Assembly: GCF_006345805.1 (NCBI RefSeq)
Contig: NC_043010.1
Span: 13,702,001-13,766,000 of the forward strand
Length of the DNA: 64,000 bases
Source: Octopus sinensis
Taxonomy: Eukaryota
Reading direction: 5' to 3'
Part shown: one piece after another, positions 23,551-34,948 of the stretch
Layout of the letters: each line of letters opens with the position of its first letter
Position numbering within the stretch: the first letter of the stretch is position 1
Position numbers and translations under genes: made by a program
The notes under the pieces: generated by a model
Told to the model about the DNA's origin: nothing
The model's database searches: none
What the model saw: the letters and a program-made list of their open reading frames with translations, nothing else

Positions 23551-25437
23551 ATGTCCTCTGAAACTTTTCATAATTCAAGGAAAGAGAAGGAAGCCATTTA
23601 TGGTTTTAAGACAAACATGGCTGATAAACAGTTTCACAGTAATATGTACGACATGCAGTTTCCACAAAGCTGTGGACTACAACCTGCTGGATCAGGTCCA
23701 TTAAATGAAAAATCATTTCCTTGGGTTAGTTATAGTGCAGCAAGCAGTAAGCAACCACAGTTTCCAATGAATGGTAAAAATATGCCCGATATAGAGCATT
23801 CTCACAGTAAACAACAAACGACTGCTCCTCAACATTCCCCTGACGCTCCACCACAACAACAACAACAACATCCTTCCTCTCAGCCACAACATCCATCTTC
23901 TCAGCCACAACATCCATCTTCTCAGCCACAACATCCAACTTCTCAGCCACAACATCCGAATTCTCAGCCACAACATCCATCCTCTCAACCACAACATCCG
24001 ACTTCTCAACCGCAACATCCGACTTCTCAACCACAGCATCCAACTTCTCAACCTCAACATCAATCAAAAGGAGCTTCCGCAACCGAAAAGCCGTTTCACT
24101 GTGATTTGTGTGAAAGTAAATTTGCCAGGCGGGAAACCCTCGTTTCCCACCGAAGAACCCACACTGGGGAAAAACCTTACACTTGCGAAGTCTGTCATAA
24201 GCAATTTGCCAGACGAGACACATTGCAGTCTCACAGAAGGACACACACGGGGGAAAAGCCATTTCGATGTGATTTTTGCAGAGAACAATTTGCTCGTAGA
24301 GACACTTTACAATCTCATCGTCGGACACACACGGGTGAAAAACCATTTGTTTGCGAAATTTGCCGACGCCAGTTTGCTCAGAGAGATGCGTTGCAGTGTC
24401 ATAAAAGGACCCATACAGGGGAGAAACCCTTTCGATGTGATCTTTGTGTCGAACGATTTGCTCGAAGGGACACGCTTCTGTCTCACAAACGGACCCATAC
24501 TGGGGAAAAGCCATATTGTTGTGATGTCTGTCCAAAGCGCTTTGCTCAGAGAGATACTCTCCAGTGTCACAAGCGAACTCACACTGGGGAAAAACCATTC
24601 AGCTGCGACCATTGCCCCAAGAGTTTTTCTCAGCGAGACACCTTGCAGTGCCATCGAAGGATTCATACAGGTGAGAAACCATTCCACTGTGACTTGTGTG
24701 GTCAGAGATTCGCCCGGAGGGATACACTCCAATGTCACAGACGTACTCACACTGGGGAAAAGCCGTATCATTGCGACGTGTGTCCTAAACAGTTTTCGCA
24801 GCGAGACACGCTTCAGTGCCACAAACGAACGCATACGGGGGAGAAACCGTTCCATTGCGACATCTGCGGAGACCAGTTTGCCCGACGGGACACTCTGAAG
24901 TGCCACATGCGCCGACACACGGGTGAAAGGCCGTTTCAGTGTGAAGTGTGTGCGGAACGATTCGCTCGTAAGGATACCCTTTGCTGTCACAAGCGGACCC
25001 ATACATGCGAAAAACCGTTTCATTGCGAATACTGCATTCAGCAGTTCGCACGGCGAGACACGTTACAGACCCACACACGCACACACACTGGGGAAAAACC
25101 TTACCAGTGTGGCATATGCGGGAAGCAATTTGCTCGTACTGATGAGTTTGCGCGTCACAAAAGAACGCACGGTACGATACCCACTACACCCAGCACTGTC
25201 ATCACGCCGATTACGACGACGCCGCCTCCTCCTCCACCGCCGCCACCAATAACAACAACAGCGACCACTACCACCACCACCACAAACCAACATCAAATCA
25301 ACAGAAAACATAGCCACCCACATTGTTCTGCGGCTACCTTTATGCAAAACAATTTCATCCGAACACCAAACTGTGACAATACCAACAAACGATACACTCC
25401 AGTTAGTAACTACATGTGGCAAGCTGTTTATATATAA
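23551..25437 (+). CDS. C2H2 zinc-finger protein ZF1 (13 tandem fingers; N-terminal Q/P/H/S heptad repeat; C-terminal Pro/Thr tract)
   Basis: Long open frame. ATG at 23551 lies 27 nt after a candidate acceptor (ttcacacAG, 23522-23523); the ORF track's TTG start at 23524 is less likely. 13 C-x2-C-x12-H-x3-H fingers with TGEKP-type linkers at 24094-25170; stop TAA 25435-25437. Confidence 0.95.
   Translation: MSSETFHNSRKEKEAIYGFKTNMADKQFHSNMYDMQFPQSCGLQPAGSGPLNEKSFPWVSYSAASSKQPQFPMNGKNMPDIEHSHSKQQTTAPQHSPDAPPQQQQQHPSSQPQHPSSQPQHPSSQPQHPTSQPQHPNSQPQHPSSQPQHPTSQPQHPTSQPQHPTSQPQHQSKGASATEKPFHCDLCESKFARRETLVSHRRTHTGEKPYTCEVCHKQFARRDTLQSHRRTHTGEKPFRCDFCREQFARRDTLQSHRRTHTGEKPFVCEICRRQFAQRDALQCHKRTHTGEKPFRCDLCVERFARRDTLLSHKRTHTGEKPYCCDVCPKRFAQRDTLQCHKRTHTGEKPFSCDHCPKSFSQRDTLQCHRRIHTGEKPFHCDLCGQRFARRDTLQCHRRTHTGEKPYHCDVCPKQFSQRDTLQCHKRTHTGEKPFHCDICGDQFARRDTLKCHMRRHTGERPFQCEVCAERFARKDTLCCHKRTHTCEKPFHCEYCIQQFARRDTLQTHTRTHTGEKPYQCGICGKQFARTDEFARHKRTHGTIPTTPSTVITPITTTPPPPPPPPPITTTATTTTTTTNQHQINRKHSHPHCSAATFMQNNFIRTPNCDNTNKRYTPVSNYMWQAVYI
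23872..24060 (+). repeat. Coding 21-bp tandem repeat, 9 copies (P-S/T/N-S-Q-P-Q-H)
   Basis: 189 nt = 9 x 21, read directly from sequence and translation. Confidence 0.95.
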
Positions 25438-25604
25438 CATTGACCATGTGGCAAGCTGTCTATATATAACATTGACCATGTGGCAAGCTGTTTATATATA
25501 ACGTTGACCATGTGGCAAGCTGTTTATATATAACATTGACCATGTGGCAAGCTGTTTATATATAACATTGACCATGTGGCAAGCTGTTTATATATAACAT
25601 TGAC
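25413..25604 (+). repeat. 32-bp minisatellite, 6 copies, spanning the ZF1 stop codon
   Basis: Unit catgtggcaagctgtttatatataacattgac starting at 25413, 25445, 25477, 25509, 25541, 25573. Confidence 0.95.
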
Positions 25605-25927
25605 CGTGAGAACGCAGTTTGGGTTTGGTTTAATCTAAATTACTTTTTAAGGAACTCAAGCTGGGTGTGTTTATTTCTCACACTTTGCTTCAGCATTATT
25701 AATGAATTTGTAGAAATCTATCTTCCTACAGGTATTAATTATGTAGTTTCTAACGACAAGTTTAGTTGTAATTCTAATTTGAATTTTTACTGAAAATATT
25801 TACTGATCTAGACATTTTGTACTTTGTCTAGATATTTTTCAATCCTAATTAGACAAAAAAAACAAAAACTATTCAAACATCCTTTACTATTGCTTCCATT
25901 AATTAATTATTTAGTTTTTTCATAAGG

Positions 25928-26135
25928 CAGCAAACTGGTAGAATCATTAGCATGCTGGGTGAAATGCTTGGCGGCATTTCGTCCGTCTGTATGTTCTGAG
26001 TTCAAATTCAACCAAGGTCGACTTTACCCTTTCTTCCTTTTGGGGTCGATAAAATAAGTACCAGTTGAGTACTGGGGTCGATGCAGTTGACTTAGCCCCT
26101 CCCCAAAATTGCTGGCTTTGTACCAAAATTTGAAA
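25928..26135 (+). mobile_element. Family-B SINE (probably within the ZF1 3'UTR)
   Basis: ggcagcaaactggtagaatc ... ggggtcgataaaataagtaccag. Confidence 0.85.
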
Positions 26136-27813
26136 TCAGTATTTAGTTTCTCATCTTAGTCAATTAGATATCGTAGTTTGTATGCAACAACTTATAGAAC
26201 CTAGGTTTCATTAGTGCTACCACTTGTATATTTAGTATATATCTATCATTATAATATAATATACTAAATGAAAAAAAAAACACCTGTCTGTGAAATTCTG
26301 TAATTCATTGAGATCCATTCTTCTCTATCTTTATCGTATGTACCGTAGCTCTCTGTACAAATGTGTTTTACCTTTTTACTATGATTCAAGGTGTAACTGC
26401 TTCTGTCAGACATTATCAGATTCATCCATAACGATGAAAAGATGGCTTGTAATCATTATGTATCCTGCAAAACTAATTTTTGTGCATGATCTTGTTTTCG
26501 TTACGACGTAAAATATACATCTTGCTTCAGTGACCGTAGCTCTTATGTAAAACATTACTATCAACCATTAATGCACATTTTTGCCAGACTACTTTTATTT
26601 TCTCCTATTTTTTGACAATTTTTGTTTCATTTTACATGGAAACTTGCACATCCTTATCATAAAGTCGAAATTGATATTGTTTGCTATAATTTCTTCTCTA
26701 GGATGATTCAGACCTCAAACGACTTTCAGATTTCAAATTCAATCTTTTTTTAATTTGTCAACAAATAAACGTTTGAATGACATGAAAAAAGAGAGATGAG
26801 AAAGGAAAAAGAAAGAATAGAAAAAAGTGTTGGGAAGAAACAGCAGAAGATGGAGGGGGCGATGGGCCACATACCCCAGAACAAAAGGGGTGCTAATCCA
26901 TGCCCCATTGTAATGACCCCAAGGGTGTTGCTGCAGAGAATGGCTGGTGACACTCACTGCTGCAGCCACTCCACTTTGTGGGGTCATTTCTCTAACCGGT
27001 CACCATCATCTCTATTTTGCTGAGGAAATCGGTAATACGGGGTCCTAGAACACCTGAGAGAAAACATGACAAATTTGCTATTTTTTGTCAAAACTAGTGC
27101 AACATCTTAAGCATGATTAATTAAGTTAATGATTATTGTTTTTGTTATTTTCTTTTTTTTTTTTTTTTTTTAATTGCATGTTACAATTTGCAGGAAGTAG
27201 TTGTTACTCATTAAACTATATCTAAAGTCTATAAACATTAAGAATTTCATATTTCTCTTTGGAACTATTTAGTTCCAAGAGACTGAAGGATCCTCCTTTT
27301 GCAATTTTTTTTTTTTTTTTTTTTTTTCATGACAAATTATTTGAATTTTTAACTGAGAATGTTTTGAAAAATGAAGGGAAGAGTTCAACACATTCTTTTT
27401 TTTTTATTTTATACTTTTTTAAATAAAAACAAATAGCAGATTTTTTAATATACACAAAATATGCTGCTTCATCAATGCCAAAGATTTTTTTTTTTTTTTC
27501 TGTAGTTTATACAGTAAGACTGAAAATATTTTTCACACCATGAACAGACTCTAATCACTCATCCTACCAAAATTCATTTTGAATAAATAATATTATCACT
27601 AGAGTACCACCACAGCATGGGCTATTAATATTCATTTTATATCACTGGTGAAACTAAAACATTAGAGTAATTGTTAAGTGAAAACCTGAAATAAAATTTC
27701 TGAAAAATACCGAAAAAATCTTTCTGTTTCATTTGATAAACTACACTCGAAGTTGATGTTGATGTTGGTGTTGGTGAATGTTCGATTTTTCAATATATGA
27801 TAATAGCGTATTA

Positions 27814-27979
27814 ATAGGCGCAGGAGTGGCTGTGTGGTAAGTAGCTTGCTAACCAACCACATGGTTCCGGGTTCAGTCCCACTGCGTGGCATCTTGGGCA
27901 AGTGTCTTCTGCTATAGCCCCGGGCCGACCAATGCCTTGTGAGTGGATTTGGTAGACGGAAACTGAAAGAAGCCTGTCG

Positions 27980-28010
<31 letters not shown>

Positions 28011-28560
28011 ATATGTTTGTGGGTCTGTATTTGTCCCCCTAGCATTGCTTGACAACCGATGCTGGTGTGTTTATGTCCCCGTCACTTAGCGGTTCGGCAA
28101 AAAGAGACCAGTAGAATAAGTACTGGGCTTACAATGAATAAGTCCCGGGGTCGATTTGCTCGACTTAAGGCGATGCTCCAGCATGGCCGCAGTCAAATGA
28201 CTGAAACAAGTAAAAGAGTAACTAAAATCATAATTTGCTTTCAGTCCATAAGTGCAGGTGAGCTTGTGTAGTAAGAAGTCTGCTTCCCCGTCACATAGTT
28301 CCAGTTTCAGTCCCACTATGTGGTACCTTGGGCAAATGTCTTCTACCATAACCTCAGGCTGACCAAAACCTTGTAAGTGAATTTGATAGACAGAAACTGA
28401 AAGAAGCTCGTTTGTGTATGTGTGCGCGTACATATGTCTTTGTGTCTGTGTTCCCCATCATAACTTGACAATCAGTGTTGGTGTGTTTATGTCCCCATAA
28501 CTTAGTGGTTTGGCAAAGAGAGACCAATAGAATAAGTACCAAACTTAAAAATAAAAAAAT
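27814..28560 (+). mobile_element. Family-A SINE (27814-28220) followed by an older relative (28250-28560)
   Basis: Two head-core-tail units in tandem. Confidence 0.85.
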
Positions 28561-28669
28561 TAACTACTGGGCTTGATTTAGCAATCTTAAAATGCTCCAA
28601 GGCAATGCCTTAGCACGGCTGGACTTTAATGAACCAAGACAAAAGATTTTTCTTCAAAAATTCAGTTTG

Positions 28670-28780
28670 TAGTGACGCCATCTTGGAAATCTCCAGCACG
28701 CATGCTCAGAGTTGCATTCTTCTGGGAGGCCTGCCGGAAGTTCCCTCATGTGCATGCGCAGAAAACTAGCAGCAGCAAAA
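28670..28780. promoter_or_regulatory. TATA-less housekeeping-type promoter core (YY1, ETS/GABP, NRF1 motifs)
   Basis: CGCCATCTT 28676-28684 (YY1), CCGGAAGT 28734-28741 (ETS), TGTGCATGCGCA 28749-28760 (NRF1, 1 mismatch), second NRF1-like GCACGCATGCTCA at 28696, within a local CpG-retaining patch. Confidence 0.5.
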
Positions 28781-29194
28781 TTCCCTCGTATCTTTCTCTC
28801 GAACGCCGGCAGCTGGACAAGACAATCGTATTTTAGCAGCTCCCTCAAGCTGCTAACTCGTGGCGTGTCTTCGCTATGCTTGAACGGACAGGATTTGGTT
28901 CACTCCACTCGACTACTGCGAAAGAAGAAATGTATATATATATATATATATAAGAAAATAGTAAAGAGTGAAAAAACGACAGAAGGCTTAAATGTTAAAA
29001 AATATATATATTTGCGTCAAAATGTCTGGAGAATATTGGAAAAATTTTTTTCCCTCCTTAAAATGACATAATTTTATAATTTTTAAAGAAATACCGGTTT
29101 CGCAGTTAGCTCTTCAAATTTCTTGTGACTTAATGTTTATTTTTAATAACGTAATCCTTGTATTTTTATATATACATTTATATATATATATTTT

Positions 29195-29576
29195 TTCTTT
29201 TACTTGTTTCAGTCATTTGACTGCGACCATGCTGGAGCACTGCCTTTAGTCGAGCAAATCGACCCCGGGACTTATTCTTTGTAAGCCCAGTACTTATTCT
29301 ATCAGTCTCTTTTGCCGAACCGCTAAGTGACGGGGACGTAAACACACCAGCATCGGTTGTCAAGCAATGCTAGGGGGACAAACACAGACACACAAACACA
29401 TTCACACACATACATATATACGACAGGCTTCTTTCAGTTTCCGTCTACCAAATCCACTCACAAGGCATTGGTCGGCCCAGGGCTATAGCAGAAGACACTT
29501 GCCCAAGATGCCATGCAGTGGGACTGAACCCGGAACCATGTGGTTGGTTAGCAAGCTACTTACCACACAGCCACTA
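29195..29576 (-). mobile_element. Family-A SINE
   Basis: Full-length copy. Confidence 0.9.
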
Positions 29577-30066
29577 TATTGCGAATCAAGAAATAAATAT
29601 TTATACTGTTGAAGTTAAATCGGAGGTCTTGACTCTTTCCTTTGATTTAATATTTAATGTAAAGGATGCGAGCTGCACCCATCCAGTGCGGGGATCTCTC
29701 ATCCTGTTACAAGTTTGATGCTAACTATACCATTTCAGCTTTTTGGAAGATTTTTCTCTGAACACTTCTAAAAGACGGAATAAGCTGGTATTTATTTTAT
29801 TGATTATCCTCATAATATACTGGAATGTTTAGTAGTCCAAGATTTTCACTTGATTTCACAATTTATGACAAACCAGTTAGATAATGTTGGTTTGTGTTTT
29901 ATAGACCAATCTGTTAAGCTTGATTTGCTAAATCAATTTATGATACTAACCTATAGAAAAGGTCACAAAGTATATTCACCTGTAAACAACTTGAAAAGTA
30001 GATAACTTAAAAATCAGCATGAAATTATATTGGACTTATTTGAGACAGAAAGTAACAACAGATTAA

Positions 30067-30288
30067 CCCTTTCGTTACTAACCGGCTGAAACCGGCCCTA
30101 GCTCTGTAGTACAAAATGTCTTGTTTTCATAAGTTTTAAATTAAAATCTTTCACCAAACCTTAGTCACAATTAATGTTCCTAACACTAGCTGAATGATAA
30201 CTAAGCTATTTTACTAAATTCTTTGTTACATTTAAAATAATTGAGAGAAAAACAGAGAATCTCAAAAAAAAATACAGTAACGAAAGGG
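30067..30288. mobile_element. piggyBac-type MITE, different family
   Basis: TTAA|CCCTTTCGTTACT ... AGTAACGAAAGGG|TTAA; perfect 13-bp TIR. Confidence 0.88.
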
Positions 30289-30502
30289 TTAACCAGCAAC
30301 AATACAGTAAGTCTTGTGTACCATAACAGCCAACTCCTCCAGCATTCAAACCAGCCACATCTGACCCATATATTCTACCTACTTTATGTTAAAACTGGAC
30401 AGATCCAGCTTCTTGTACAATAGAAATATGGTAACAGCTTCATCAAATTAAGGCCTTCGTACTTAATGATGTAAGGAAAAAAATATCTAAGCGATTAATA
30501 AT

Positions 30503-30907
30503 ATAGGTGTAGGAGTGGCTGTGTGGTAAGTAGCTTGTTAACCAACTATATGGTTCTGGGTTCAGTCCCACTGCATGGCACCTTGGGCAAGTGTCTTCTA
30601 CTATAGCCTCGGGCTGACCAAAGCCTTGTGAGTGGATTTGGTAGGCGGAAACTGAAAGAAGCCCGTCATATATATGTATATATTTATATATATGTGTGTG
30701 TTTGTATGTCTGTTTGTCCCCCCCAACATCGCTTGACAACCAGTGCTGGTGTGTGTACGTCCCCATAACTTAGCAGTTTGGCAAAAGAGACTGATAGAAT
30801 AAGTACTAGGCTTACAAAGAGTAAGTCCTGGGGTCGATTTGCTCAACTAAAGGCGGTGCTCCAGCATGGCCACAGTCAAATGACTGAAACAAGTAAAAGA
30901 GTAGAGT
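30503..30907 (+). mobile_element. Family-A SINE
   Basis: Full-length copy. Confidence 0.9.
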
Positions 30908-31399
30908 ATAGATTCTTGATGTAATCTTTTTTTTTTCTTTTTGGTGAGGTGAGGGTCAGATATTTAAATTAAAATGTGTGCCCTATTGGATTTAAAAAAA
31001 TTATCAGAGCATGGATAGCTGTAGCTTCAGTCATTAAGCTGCCAGACGAGATGGTGAAGATGCCGACGACCGCTTTGTTCAATGTCTCCCTTGACCTTAA
31101 GTGGCCTGAACTCTTTACATGAACACCATCCTGTACTTAACTCCATGTCCCCCTACATGGCCTTGCTTTTTGCTTTTGAGCCAAAATTAACTAACTAACT
31201 AACTGCTGAATAGTTTAATGTTTCCCGAAGTACAGTCTCTGAAATCATGTTGACATTCTAAGACCATGGTAAAACCAACTCTGGCAAGCATAACTTTGGA
31301 TGGAAAGCAAAGCTCTCAGAGAGGGACTGCAAAAAAGTGAAACATATCTAAAAACCATTGATCTATGGTAGCAAGAGTGACTACAGAGTTAAACCACCA

Positions 31400-31580
31400 C
31401 CATACCAACCCTGAGACAAACAAAGCCATTCATTACTGAATACTATGGAAGGGCTGTATTTACTCAGCCTCTTCTGTCCCTCATCGACATTGATAAGAGG
31501 GAAAAGATGGGGTCTAGACTGTCAGAAGTGGTCGGTAGCTCAGTGGAACAATGTCATCTGTGATAATTCATCATTCACCT
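31400..31580 (+). mobile_element. Highly decayed Tc1/mariner transposase remnant
   Basis: Peptides KPFITE and KRWGLDCQKWSVAQWNNVICDNSSFTFF resemble the Tc1 RKKPL and W..W..V.WSDES.F motifs. Confidence 0.3.
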
Positions 31581-32054
31581 TTTTTTTTTTTTCCACTTTG
31601 GGGTAAATTTATGCCTGGAGACATCCCAAAGAAGCCTCAATGCTGGTGGTTTGGCTCCTACAATTGATGTATAGGGGTGGCTCTCTTGATGATCTGAGCA
31701 GCCATGTCATAGCTGCCCAGATCATATTCTCTGTTTTTTGTTGTTCTACATGGCAGAGTCTGGTAATGGGAAAATACTTCCTCACTTGAGGGTTGGTGAC
31801 AGGAAGAGCATCCAACTGTAGAAAATCAATCTCAACAAATTCCATCCGACCGATGCAAACACAGAAAAAGTCAACGTTTAAACCGTGGTTGTAGGATATA
31901 CTCTGTGCTAATGTTATCATGTCCTGCTCATTTAATCCTGTGCTGTAGGTATGAAATCAAAATATGCCAAGGTTATCAGTCAGCGTGCATCATACAAAAA
32001 TTCTGTATTAATGCTATCCTAGATCTTCTTTTTGATATCATGTACTCAAAATAT

Positions 32055-32400
32055 GTGAAGGCGCATGGCTCAGTGGTTAGAGCAACAAGCTTACGGTCAT
32101 GAGGTTGTGAGCTCGAATCCCAGACCGGGCTGCGTCTTGTGTTCTTGAGCAAGACACTTTATTTCACGTTGCTCCAGTTCACTCAGCTGTAGAAATGAGT
32201 TGCGACATCACTGGTGCCAAGCTGTATTGGCACCTTTGCCTTTCCTGGATAACACTGGTGGCATGGAAGAGGGGAGGCCAGTATGCTTGGGCGACTGCTG
32301 GCCTTCCATAAACAATCTTGCCCAGATTTGTGCCTGGGAGGGTAACTTTCTAGGTGCAATCCCATGGTCGGTGTTGTGATCGAAGGGGGGGGGGGTCTCT
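32055..32400 (+). mobile_element. SINE family E
   Basis: Homologous to 21184-21525. Confidence 0.88.
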
Positions 32401-32491
32401 CACTCAAAATATGGTACAGACCTCCAAGCTAAAACTGACCTTCACTCAGCAAATCACTCATGTATTATGGAAACCATAAGTAATCATCATG

Positions 32492-32790
32492 TGGAGGCGC
32501 AATGGCCCAGTGGTTAGGGCAATGGACTTGTGGTCGTAGGATTGCAGTTTCGATTCCCAGACCGGGCGTTGTGTGTGTTTATTGAGTGAAAACACCTAAA
32601 AGCTCCACGAGGCTCCAGCAGGGGGTGGTGATCCCTGCTGTACTCTTTCACCACTCTTTCTCTCACTCTTTCTTCTGTTGGCCTGCTCGCTTAGCCAACG
32701 GGGTGGCGTCATCCGAAGGCTAAAACAATGCGAACGCATTGTGACCAGCGATGTGTAGCAACATCTGATGGTCTGGTCGGTCACGTGATA
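32492..32790 (+). mobile_element. SINE family D
   Basis: Homologous to 19819-20122. Confidence 0.9.
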
Positions 32791-32954
32791 AGTAATCATA
32801 TTTTAATGATGAAACTCAGTAAAAAGCTTGTTTGTATCGTCTTACAGTCAACGTTTTACCTTCAGGCTGCCAACCATTGCAATTTGCTATTACACATAAC
32901 TTCTCTTGTTAATTCTGTCATCATAAGTAATTTAAAATTAGTGAAGTATATATT

Positions 32955-33700
32955 AAGTGCAGGTGTGGCTAAATGACTAAGGAGCTTGCTTTGCAACCAC
33001 ATGGTTTCAGGTTCAGTCCCACTTCAATGTACCTTGGGCAAATGTCTTCCGCAATGATCTTGGACTGATCAATGATCTTGTGAGTAAATTTGGTTGACAG
33101 AAATTGTGTGGAAGCCAGTTGCATACCTGTGTGTGTGTGAGTGTCTTTATGTTTATCCCTCCCACCACTTGAAAACCAGTGTTGGTTTGTTTATGGCTCC
33201 ATAACTTAGCAGTTCAGCAAAAGAGTCTTGATAAAATAAGTACTGGGGTGGATTTCTTTGACTAAACCAGTGGTTCTCAACCAGGGTCCATATGATGGCC
33301 CTTGAGAGTCCATATAAGGTTTTGTTAAAATTTATGTGCAATATATTGCTACAATACGCAAAATATTTTGATATTTTCTATACATATCCGACCCATGCCA
33401 GCATGGAAAAGCGGACACAAAACTCTGAACACAAACAAAGGACCCAACCAAAATTATGAAGTATAAATAAGGCCCCCACTGGCATGGTTGTGGGTTAAGA
33501 AGCTCAATTTACAACAACAAGTATTCAGGTTCAGTCCTACTGCATGGCACCTTAGCCTGGGGCCAACCAGTGTTTTGTAAGTGAATTTTGTAGACAGAAA
33601 CTGTGTCAAAGCTGGTCAAGTACATATGTGTGTGTCTTTGTGTTTGTTCCCTAATACTGCTTGAGAACAAGTGTTGGTTTGTTTACATCCACCTCAGTGC
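32955..33700 (+). mobile_element. Two degenerate family-A-related SINEs (32955-33265, 33480-33700)
   Basis: ggttcagtccc heads and cttagcagttcagcaaaag-type segments. Confidence 0.6.
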
Positions 33701-34948
33701 TTAATTGGTGCTCGTTTTGCTGACCCCAAAAGGATTAAAGGTAAAGTTGACCTTGGCAGAATTCGAACTCAGAACATAAAGCCCAAAGAAATACCACTGT
33801 CCAGTGTACAAACAATTAGACAGTTCACCACTTCAATAATAATAATAATCCTTTCTACTAAAGGCACAAGGCCTGAAATTTTGGGGGAGGGGACTAGTCA
33901 ATTGCATTGACCCCAGTGCATAACTGGTACTTAATTTATTGACCCCAAAAGGTTGAAAGGCAAAGTCAACCTCGGGGAAATTTGAGGTTAGTAATTGGGT
34001 GTTGAGTATCTTCCATAATAGTTAACAGTCAAGTACCAAGGAAATAGACACTGTGAGACCTCTGACAACAGGTCGCTATCCACTCTCGCAGAATCAACCA
34101 GTGCAAGTAAGACCAGGAGCTCTGGTGAGGTAAAATATAATAATAATAATATTAATAATAACAATGGTTTCAAATCTTGGCACAAGGCCAGCAATTTTGA
34201 GGAGAATGGATTAGTCAGTACTATCAAACCCAGTACCTAACTGGTATTTTATTTTTTACCTCAGAAGAGTGAAAAGCAAAATGGACTTTGGCAGGATTTG
34301 AACTCAGGATGAAATACTGCAAAACATATTTCCAATGTTCACTACCTTTCAATAATAATTAGAACATTATATGAAAATCCCAGTATATCCATCATGACTA
34401 CTCGTCTGATAAGGGTACACTAGGCACATGCATCACAACCATATGTGCGCGACATGGTGATCTCATATCAAGATTAACAGCGCATGACTTTGCAGGTAGG
34501 GCCCAGTTAGAATTTTCTTCAGGTAAAGTAACCTATCCTGCTCGAAAGGTCCCTGAATAAGGGTTGTTTAAGGATGTTGAACAAAACACCCATGTTTCCA
34601 AAGGTGAATTAGCCAAACCTCAAAGAATTCCTCTCAACACATGGCTATGATGCTCCCCCACTACTTCTTCTCATGATCAGAGATGCACATATTGTCAGCC
34701 ACCAAGGGAAATGTTCAACTGGTTAAGGTCAAACAACTGAAAAGCAAATCTGTGGTACTGAGCAGAATATTTGCTTATTATTATTATTATTATCATTTTT
34801 ACTATTAAGGTGATGAGCTGGCAGAATTGATACCATGCTGGACAAAATGCTTAGCGGCATTTCTTCTGACTATATTCTGAATTCAAATGCCACTAGGGTC
34901 GATTTGCTTTTCATCTTTTTGGGGTCGATAAAGTAACTACTATTTATT

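Noticed and set aside
23713-25479. Antisense and alternative-frame ORFs over ZF1 (e.g. 23726-24598, 24101-24898)
   Set aside because: Shadows of a repetitive coding sequence; no domain pattern.
33268-33300. hAT/Charlie-like TIR cagtggttctcaacc
   Set aside because: No matching second end or TSD found.
34390-34785. Probable interspersed repeat of unknown class
   Set aside because: Single copy here with no diagnostic termini; cannot be supported from this window.
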